Shown here: positions 18,004-24,707 of the stretch, in pieces
Layout of the letters: every line of letters begins with the position of its first letter
Numbering within the stretch: the first letter of the stretch is position 1
Assembly: GCA_038323475.1 (NCBI GenBank)
Contig: JBBQHA010000001.1
Coordinates: 720-64,719 of the forward strand
DNA from: Lysobacterales bacterium
GTDB lineage: Bacteria; Pseudomonadota; Gammaproteobacteria; Xanthomonadales; Xanthomonadaceae
Direction of reading: 5' to 3'
Length of the DNA stretch: 64,000 nt
Made by a program: the position numbers and the translations under genes
The notes under the pieces: generated by a model
Database searches by the model: none
The model's input: only the letters and a program-made list of their open reading frames with translations
Told to the model about the DNA's origin: nothing

Positions 18004-19479
18004 GTGCAGTTGATTCGATGGCTTCGGTCCATTCCAGAGCGATCCCTGCAGATGACGACGGTCCCCCCCACCGTGGGTACTGGTGCGCACGACGAAATCA
18101 TGTCGGGCGAACCGCTACGATCCGGCCCGATGCGTCCGGGCCGGAGAAGTGACGGCCGCGGCATCTACCTTCCGGTGACGCTGAAGTTCGCAATCGCCTT
18201 GTCCGTCGCAATCGCTTGGTGCGTGCTGAGTATGTGGCTGTCGGAACCGTGGGTACGCGACCTGGCGAGGGTGACAGGGTGGCCGCTGGCGATCTTCGTG
18301 ATCACTTTCATCGCCTATGTGCCCGGTTTCATGAATGCGTTCCTGATCACGACGATTGCGCTGGATCGGCGCCCCAGGCGAGACCCGGTGGATCGCTATC
18401 CGGACATCAGCATTCTTGTCGCCTGCTTCAATGAGGCCGGCAAGATTGCCGACACCATCGGCAGCCTCGCATTGCAGCAGTATCCAGGACGCATGGAAGT
18501 CTTGCTTCTCGACGATGGATCGACGGACGCCACGATCGCGGTGGCGCATGCGGCGATTGCGGCCGCCACGGCGCAACCGGGACACACATTCCGGGTTGTC
18601 GTTGGCGGCAGCAATGTCGGCAAGGCGGGCGTGCTCAATCGCGGCCTGGCGATGGCTACCACCGACATCATCCTGACCATCGACGGCGATTGCTGGGTGT
18701 ACCAAGACGCGGTTCAACGACTGGTCGGGCGATATCTCAGCGACCCGCCCGGCACGCGGGCAGTTGCGGGCGCCGTGCTGGTGAGCAATTCACGCCAAAA
18801 CTGGCTGACCAAAGCGCAGGAGTGGGACTATTTCCATGGCATAGCCGCGGTAAAGCGCATGCAGAGCATGTACCACGGCACGCTCGTCGCGCAGGGCGCC
18901 TTTTCGCTGTACGACCGCGACGCGCTGAACGAGGTCGGCGGTTGGCCCGCCTGCGTCGGGGAGGACATCGTGGTGACATGGGCGTTGCTGGAACAGGGCT
19001 ATCGGGTCGGGTATTGCGAGGATGCGATCGCGTTCACCAATGTCCCCGAAAAACTCAAGATCTTCGCATTGCAGCGCAAACGCTGGTCGCGCGGCCTGAT
19101 GGAGGCATTCAAGCTGCATGGCGGCCTGCTGTTCAAGCCGCGACTGACCACGTTGTTCATCTGGTGGAACCTGCTGTTCCTGCCGCTCGACCTGGTCTAC
19201 ACGTTCGCGTTCATTCCCGGCCTGGTGCTGGCGCTGTTCGGCTACTTCTACCTTGCCGGCATCCTCACCTTGCTGGTGTTGCCGCTGGCAGCGCTGTGGA
19301 ACTACTGCATCTTCGTGGTGCAAAACCGGATGTTCAAGCGACAGGACCTGAAGGTACGCCGCAACGCTGGTGGCTTCCTGTTTTATGCGCTCGGCTATTC
19401 GCTGCTGATGCAGCCGGTGTGCGTGTGGGGCTACGTTGCCGAATTGCTTGGCATGAGCAAACGCTGGGGTACCAAATGA
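18004..19479 (+). CDS. processive family-2 glycosyltransferase (PgaC/IcaA/NodC-like polysaccharide synthase), integral membrane
   Basis: ISILVACFNEAG, LLLDDGSTDAT (DxD), TIDGDCW, VGEDIVVTW and the Q(R/Q)xRW motif QRKRWSRG, followed by C-terminal TM helices. The true start is uncertain; Met codons occur at 18004, 18052, 18100 and 18130. Confidence 0.85.
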   Translation: MQLIRWLRSIPERSLQMTTVPPTVGTGAHDEIMSGEPLRSGPMRPGRRSDGRGIYLPVTLKFAIALSVAIAWCVLSMWLSEPWVRDLARVTGWPLAIFVITFIAYVPGFMNAFLITTIALDRRPRRDPVDRYPDISILVACFNEAGKIADTIGSLALQQYPGRMEVLLLDDGSTDATIAVAHAAIAAATAQPGHTFRVVVGGSNVGKAGVLNRGLAMATTDIILTIDGDCWVYQDAVQRLVGRYLSDPPGTRAVAGAVLVSNSRQNWLTKAQEWDYFHGIAAVKRMQSMYHGTLVAQGAFSLYDRDALNEVGGWPACVGEDIVVTWALLEQGYRVGYCEDAIAFTNVPEKLKIFALQRKRWSRGLMEAFKLHGGLLFKPRLTTLFIWWNLLFLPLDLVYTFAFIPGLVLALFGYFYLAGILTLLVLPLAALWNYCIFVVQNRMFKRQDLKVRRNAGGFLFYALGYSLLMQPVCVWGYVAELLGMSKRWGTK

Positions 19480-20378
19480 TATTTCGAACCGTGCGAGGCC
19501 TGATCGCAGCGATCGCAGTGGTGGTGTCGGTGTCGGCGCATGCAGGTGGATACGGCGGCGTCGAGGGCTTCCTCTCCAGCGACGCCGATGGCACCGAGAT
19601 CGCGAAAACCGCACTGGATCTGGATTTCCGGCATGCGGACGGCGAACATTACCAGGGCATGTCGCTGGAACAGGCTCGATTCCGGCCGTTCGGACAGGGT
19701 TGGATCGGGGATCGCCGCGCCTACTGGCGCTTCGCAGATGGCGGCGGGCAATGGAAGTGGAACGGCCGGATCGGCACCGATGGGCGCACGCTGCTCGGCA
19801 ACGCGTCCATCCACAATGAAGTCCCGCGCCGGCAGGAATACTTCCTCGAACGCGAGATCGTCGAAACGCCGCTTGGCTTGCAGCGCGACATCTACTCCAC
19901 CTACACAGGCGCGGCATACGACCTGCCCTTCGACGACCGCAACATCCTCACCACCGTGCTGGGCGTCCAGGATTTCAGCGGGCGCAATGTGCGCCTGCAA
20001 TATCGCGGCAATTTCGTGCATGTCATCGCGCCCGCCTGGGGATTCAGCGCCCAGTTGCGGCTGCGCTACTTCCATGACAGCAATCCGCACGAGTTCGACT
20101 ATTTCTCGCCGCGCTGGTACGCGGAGGCGATACCCACGCTGCAGCTGCGGCGATTTCGTGCCGGCTGGCGCTATGCCATCGCGGCCGGATACGGTCGGCA
20201 GCGCGCCGCCGATTCAGGCTGGCACGATGCGCGGATATTCGTGGCTGCGGTGACCAGTCCGAAGGAAGGGCATGACTGGTTCTTCCAGGCGGGGTTCACC
20301 TACGCCAATACCCCCGTCAATAGCGGATTCACCTACGACTACAAGCAGCTGACGTTTTCGATCGGGCGTTCCTTCTAG
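19476..20378 (+). CDS. predicted outer-membrane beta-barrel protein (putative polysaccharide export porin)
   Basis: Start ATG 19476 overlaps the synthase stop (ATGA). Signal peptide MIFRTVRGLIAAIAVVVSVSAHA. Alternating aromatic/polar beta-strand-like segments. Terminal residues FSIGRSF end in Phe, as in OMP beta-signals. Confidence 0.6.
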   Translation: MIFRTVRGLIAAIAVVVSVSAHAGGYGGVEGFLSSDADGTEIAKTALDLDFRHADGEHYQGMSLEQARFRPFGQGWIGDRRAYWRFADGGGQWKWNGRIGTDGRTLLGNASIHNEVPRRQEYFLEREIVETPLGLQRDIYSTYTGAAYDLPFDDRNILTTVLGVQDFSGRNVRLQYRGNFVHVIAPAWGFSAQLRLRYFHDSNPHEFDYFSPRWYAEAIPTLQLRRFRAGWRYAIAAGYGRQRAADSGWHDARIFVAAVTSPKEGHDWFFQAGFTYANTPVNSGFTYDYKQLTFSIGRSF

Positions 20379-20393
20379 ACAAGCGCCTGCCTG

Positions 20394-20409
20394 TGTACGC
20401 TCGCGAACC
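20394..20409 (-). promoter_or_regulatory. CRP/FNR-like 16-bp box D (reverse strand GGTTCGCGAGCGTACA), weakest copy
   Basis: 13/16 identical to box E. Lies between the convergent ends of the barrel gene and Crp paralog 3. Confidence 0.3.
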
Positions 20410-20559
20410 GCGCGCCGGTGGCAGCAGCCGCAGGCTTCATCGCCGCAGAGACAGCTCATTCGATGAGGGATGGGATGCATGGCGCGATCGGCAACGGAGA
20501 CGTTGCCTGATGCAATGCACTCCTGGTTCGGAGAACAGGCGGAGTTCCGGCGTCTGCGC

Positions 20560-21279
20560 TCACGGCGTCATCGTTGCCGGCAGCAGGCGGTCGTATTCGT
20601 CCTTGACCACGGCATAGCACTCGCACGTGCGTCGTTCGAGCCCAGGTCGGTCGAGCACGGTGATTCGGCCACGCCGGTAGTTGATGAGCCCGGCCTGATG
20701 CAGGTTGCCGGCTGCCTCGGTGACGCCTTCGCGGCGCACGCCGAGCATGTTGGCGATGAGTTCCTGCGTCATCACCAGTTCGTTCGATTGCAGGCGGTCG
20801 AGGCTCAACAGCAGCCAGCGGCACAACTGCTGGTCGAGCGAGTGGTGGCGGTTGCAGACTGCCGTCTGCGACATCTGGGTGATCAATGCCTGGGTGTAGC
20901 GCAGCAGCAGGTGCAATGCGGGGCCTGCCCGGTCGAACTCCTCCATCAGCATGTTCGCCTTCAGCCGATAGCCGTGCCCGGCGCTCTGCACGACCGCACG
21001 GCTCGGCGTCGAATTGCCGCCCATGAACAGCGAAATGCCGACGACCCCTTCATACCCGACGATCGCGATCTCGGCCGAGGAGCCGTTTTCCATCACGTAC
21101 AACAGCGAGACGATCGAGGTCGTCGGGAAATAGACATGGGCCAACTTGTCGCCCGACTCGTAGAGCACCTTCCCCAGCGGCATGTCCACGCTCTCGAGGT
21201 ACGGCAGCAAGCGCTGCCATTCGGCATCGGGAAGCGCCGCAAGCAGTCCGTTATGGCGCGGGTCGGCAGTGACGCTCAT
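20560..21279 (-). CDS. Crp/Fnr family transcriptional regulator (paralog 3)
   Basis: Start trimmed to MSVTADPRHN (ATG at 21277-21279). HVYFPTTSIVSLLYVMENGSSAEIAIVGYEGVVG, TAVCNRHHSLDQQLCRWLLLSLDRL, MTQELIANMLGVRREGVTEAAGNLHQAG, GRITVLDR, TCECY. Clearly paralogous to 16659..17399. Confidence 0.85.
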   Translation of the reverse strand: MSVTADPRHNGLLAALPDAEWQRLLPYLESVDMPLGKVLYESGDKLAHVYFPTTSIVSLLYVMENGSSAEIAIVGYEGVVGISLFMGGNSTPSRAVVQSAGHGYRLKANMLMEEFDRAGPALHLLLRYTQALITQMSQTAVCNRHHSLDQQLCRWLLLSLDRLQSNELVMTQELIANMLGVRREGVTEAAGNLHQAGLINYRRGRITVLDRPGLERRTCECYAVVKDEYDRLLPATMTP

Positions 21280-21418
21280 CCGCACCTCATGCGCCGCAAG
21301 GTCGTCGAATCCGGCATTGCGGAGGGGTTCGCGCAGTGCCGATCGGAAAGAACGATTTTGGACCTGCCCAGCAGCCACCGCAACACGGCAGCGCACGGAT
21401 ATCCGACAAGCCGGGGCG

Positions 21419-21434
21419 TGTGCGCCAGCGTACA
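21419..21434 (+). promoter_or_regulatory. CRP/FNR-like 16-bp box E (TGTGCGCCAGCGTACA)
   Basis: Best TGTGC-N6-GTACA match. Lies in the 532-bp divergent gap between Crp paralog 3 and the hypothetical gene at 21812. Followed by CGAAATC and GGTACC elements, as downstream of box B. Confidence 0.5.
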
Positions 21435-21811
21435 GATGCCCCGCGAAATCGCGACTAGCTTGGTACCGTTGCCGCTTCCAGCAACCTTGCAACCCTGGGC
21501 TCCCGGCATGACCGTGCAATTCCGTGACAAAGCGGACACCAGTCGCTATGCAGCCGCGGAGGATGCCTTTACCTCGGAAGGCGGCCATGTGGCGCTCGAA
21601 GACGAGGCGCCGGGGAAGGACGCCGCCACGGACCGTGGAAGCCTGCAGCCCGCCAGCGATTTCAGGACGACGATCCGTCGTTATTCTGCGCAGATGCATG
21701 CCGTTCTGGCGGGTTTCCGTCGCGGCGGGTCGCGGCGTGCACAGCGATCCGCGAACAATTCCACTCGGTAGCGCGCGAACGCGCGGCCGCCAACTCACTC
21801 GGGAGCAGCAC

Positions 21812-22243
21812 ATGGACAGGCAATTCCCAGTCTTCGCACCGCTCGGACGTCTTTACGATCCGCTGCCGCAATTGGCCGAGCGCGTCCATCGCGCCTTGCT
21901 GATCAAGGAGAAGATCGTCTGGACCGACAACAATGGCTACGTTTTCGCGACTCCGACGGATGGCCTGCGGACGATCGCGCCGCACGCGACCATCGGTGTC
22001 TTTGCGAAGTGGACGCCATTGCCGATGATCGAAACGGGCTTGCGGGTCGCGTTGCGCGAACGCGCGAGTGCGTGGATCGTGGACTGGAAGGCGCAATCGC
22101 CGGGCAAGCGGGGTGATGGCATCCAGATCATCCGGTTCGCGCCAGCGCGCAAGCGCCGGCGCAAGGCGACCGACGGGGCGACCCGGGCGACACTGCCGAA
22201 TGTCCATGTCCCGCAACCCGACCCATTGCAATCGCGGCTGTAG
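21812..22243 (+). CDS. hypothetical protein
   Basis: 143-aa ORF tail (MDRQFPVFAPLGRLYDPLPQLAERVH...) with GC3-biased codons and a basic C-terminus (ARKRRRK). No recognisable family. Confidence 0.4.
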   Translation: MDRQFPVFAPLGRLYDPLPQLAERVHRALLIKEKIVWTDNNGYVFATPTDGLRTIAPHATIGVFAKWTPLPMIETGLRVALRERASAWIVDWKAQSPGKRGDGIQIIRFAPARKRRRKATDGATRATLPNVHVPQPDPLQSRL

Positions 22244-22261
22244 GCGCACCGACCTCGCGAC

Positions 22262-22288
22262 AAAAAAAACGCCCCGGAACCGGGGCGT
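22262..22288 (-). terminator. rho-independent terminator of the M4 protease gene
   Basis: Reverse strand reads ACGCCCCGG-TT-CCGGGGCG followed by TTTTTTTT (8-bp GC stem at 22270-22287, A-run 22262-22269 on the plus strand). Located 69 nt past the stop codon. Confidence 0.75.
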
Positions 22289-22356
22289 CGTGTTGCGAAA
22301 GACGGAGCACACCACGCACTCCGGCTTCCGGAACCCTCTGAAAGAACCGCAACCGA

Positions 22357-23949
22357 TCAATGCACGTTGAGCGCGCTCCAGGCTGCATTGACGGCCTTGT
22401 ATTGCGTCGACGTCCCGCCGTACAGGTCCTTCGCCGCATACAGGGTCGCGGTGCGCGCGGCGTGGTAATCGGTGGCTGAGGTCATGTACACGGTCAGCGC
22501 GCGATACCAGATCTTCGCGGCCGCGGTACGGCCGATGCCCTTGAGCGTGCTCGGACCATGGCACACCAGGTCGGCCGGGGTGAGGCCGAACCCGTTGACG
22601 ACCGGGACGACGCTGCCTTCGGCGAGCAGGTAGTAGAAGTGATTCGCCACGCCGGACGAATAGTGCACGTCCAGGTAGTGCTGGAAGAAGTCGAGGTAGT
22701 CCGGATCGGTCGGATAGCAATCCGGCGAGATGCCGTCCAGGCTGGGCTTGAACATCGAGCGCAACGCGGAGTTCCCGGTGTTGCCGATGAACAGCTTCTC
22801 GCCGATCAGGTAGTTCGGCGGGTTGGCCGGATTGTTCGCGTAGAACTCGACCATCGTGCCCATCATGTCGGAATTGGCTTCGTTGAGCCCGCCCGACTCG
22901 CCTTCGTAGGCGAGATTCGCGGTGCGCGCGGTGACGCCGTGGCTCATCTCATGACCGGTAATGTCGATCGCGGTGAACGGGTTCGTGTTGACGCCGTCGC
23001 CGTCGCCGAAGGTCATGCAGAAGCAGTCGTCGTTCCAGAACGCGTTCGAGAAGTTCTTCTGGAAATGCACGCGGGCAAGCGCGCCGACACCGTCGTTGGC
23101 GACACCCGCACGGCCATGGACATTGAGGTAGTAGTCCCAGGTCTGGCCGATGCCGTAATGCGCGTCGACTGCGACGGTTGCGCGATCGGACAGCGCGAAG
23201 TTGCCCCAGACATTGTCGGCATCGACGACGAGCACGCCGTTGCCGCGGAATGAGTTGCCCATGTCGGTGGTGTAGCCACCGCCGCGGGTCGGATCCTTCA
23301 TCTCGTAGTAACCGCGGCTGTTGCGTTGTGTATTCAGCGCGACCGTGCCCGCCTGCAGCGAATGGCCGCTGCCGACGACCGGCGTTCCGGAGCCGACGGT
23401 TTCGACCGTGTCCCAGTTGGCGATGATCGTCCCGCTGTCCGCATCGACGTAGTAATGCATGCGGGTCGGCGTGCGGTCCGCGCGGGTGCCGACGAACAGC
23501 ACCTCGTACGCGAGCCTCGGTACGCCGCCGCGCGCATAGACCACGAGGCTCGCGGTCGGCAGCCCTTCGAAGCCGGTGCCGAACACGACCCCGGCGCGGA
23601 CGATCGCCTCGTCGGCTGTCAGGCGCGGATGCGTCGCCACGTCGATCGGCTTGGCGAGCGTCATGCTCACGCCGCCGAATCCACCGGCGGTCGTGTGGAC
23701 CACCATGTCGCCGCCGATCACGCGCAGGCCGCGGAACGTGCGGTCGAAGCGCACGTGCTGGTCGCCGTTGGGATCGACGATCACGTCGCGCGTCACGAAT
23801 GCGTCGCTGCCGGAGGCATGCGCGAGGACCGGGTTCGCACGGATCAGCGCGAGCGCACGACCAACCATCTGGCCGTTGTTCGCGGCGTGTGCCTGCGCAC
23901 CGAGCGCGGCGGTCAATGCAAGCAGCAGGACTTGTTTGCGGAACGCCAT
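22357..23949 (-). CDS. secreted M4 (thermolysin-like) zinc metalloprotease
   Basis: Start at MAFRKQVLLLALTAALGAQAHA (signal peptide; ATG 23947-23949, GGAGAGG upstream). HEMSHGV zinc motif and downstream GGLNEANSDMMG third-ligand motif. Propeptide-like N-region. Confidence 0.9.
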   Translation of the reverse strand: MAFRKQVLLLALTAALGAQAHAANNGQMVGRALALIRANPVLAHASGSDAFVTRDVIVDPNGDQHVRFDRTFRGLRVIGGDMVVHTTAGGFGGVSMTLAKPIDVATHPRLTADEAIVRAGVVFGTGFEGLPTASLVVYARGGVPRLAYEVLFVGTRADRTPTRMHYYVDADSGTIIANWDTVETVGSGTPVVGSGHSLQAGTVALNTQRNSRGYYEMKDPTRGGGYTTDMGNSFRGNGVLVVDADNVWGNFALSDRATVAVDAHYGIGQTWDYYLNVHGRAGVANDGVGALARVHFQKNFSNAFWNDDCFCMTFGDGDGVNTNPFTAIDITGHEMSHGVTARTANLAYEGESGGLNEANSDMMGTMVEFYANNPANPPNYLIGEKLFIGNTGNSALRSMFKPSLDGISPDCYPTDPDYLDFFQHYLDVHYSSGVANHFYYLLAEGSVVPVVNGFGLTPADLVCHGPSTLKGIGRTAAAKIWYRALTVYMTSATDYHAARTATLYAAKDLYGGTSTQYKAVNAAWSALNVH

Positions 23950-24130
23950 CGTCTTTTCCTCTCCGGGTTGTCGGGGCGATTGCTGCGGACGCAACAATCC
24001 ATCATTCGAACGATCAGTGTGCGGGACGCCGCACGCGGAACAGCCCCCCATTTCAGGGGGGACGCGATCGGCGGCAGGCTGTTCCACTGGTCATGCCTGC
24101 ACCCAGCGGGCGCCGCACACAGAGGCCCGC

Positions 24131-24589
24131 ATGACCGTACGACCCGATTGCGCACTGCTCTGGCAGGAAGCCATGGACCATCTCGAAGCGCAGCGCTTTC
24201 CCGAGGCTGAAGGATGTTGCCGACGCCTCATCGCCTGTGCCCCGGAACAACCCTTGAGCTACGCGATGCTGTCGCGATTGAGCCGACTGCGCGGACTTGC
24301 GCGCGCGACATCCCTGTTCGCATTCGAGGCCTGCAAGCGCATGCGCGGTTCGCCCTGGCACGACCATCTGCTGGTCGGCGAGTTCCTGCGGAAAGCCGGC
24401 GAAACCCAGCTCGCCCGCGAAGTGCTGTCGCTGATCGACCCGCACGATGGGGTCGACCGGGACGGCCTCGCGAAGCTCGCACGGCACTTCGAAGCGCTTG
24501 GAGACCAGCCGCGCGCGCGCTATTGCAACGACCTCGCGGGATCGCTCCCCCGGCGATCGCGCATCGTGAAGGTTCCCGCGCATACCTGA
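24131..24589 (+). CDS. hypothetical protein (possibly TPR-like)
   Basis: 152-aa tail of ORF 23576..24589 starting MTVRPDCALLWQEAMDHLEAQRFPEAE. Moderate GC3 bias. No family recognised. Confidence 0.35.
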   Translation: MTVRPDCALLWQEAMDHLEAQRFPEAEGCCRRLIACAPEQPLSYAMLSRLSRLRGLARATSLFAFEACKRMRGSPWHDHLLVGEFLRKAGETQLAREVLSLIDPHDGVDRDGLAKLARHFEALGDQPRARYCNDLAGSLPRRSRIVKVPAHT

Positions 24590-24707
24590 TCGGAAACAGG
24601 CCGGATCGAACGCGATCGCCCACCTCACCAGCCGAAGCCGTAACCGACAGCGGCTGGATCGCCACTGCCGTTGAAAGTGCGACCGAAGCAGCAGTTGCAT
24701 ACCGTCC

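Noticed and set aside
17484-18164. 226-aa minus-strand ORF in the Crp2-GT2 intergenic region. I briefly considered a small membrane or glycine-zipper protein (FICAIGSRIASAIIGTTSPIARIIVG).
   Set aside because: No start context, poor codon bias, it overlaps the GT2 5-prime end, and the region carries promoter-like boxes B and C. Treated as non-coding.
24625-24700. Reverse-strand reading ...FNGSGDPAAVGYGFGW-stop just downstream of the adhesin gene. It resembles an OMP/autotransporter C-terminal beta-signal (compare AGAGFSW-stop of the adhesin).
   Set aside because: Only about 8 residues of resemblance, no upstream ORF support, and it could arise by chance. Possibly a decayed second anchor, but not supportable from this sequence alone.
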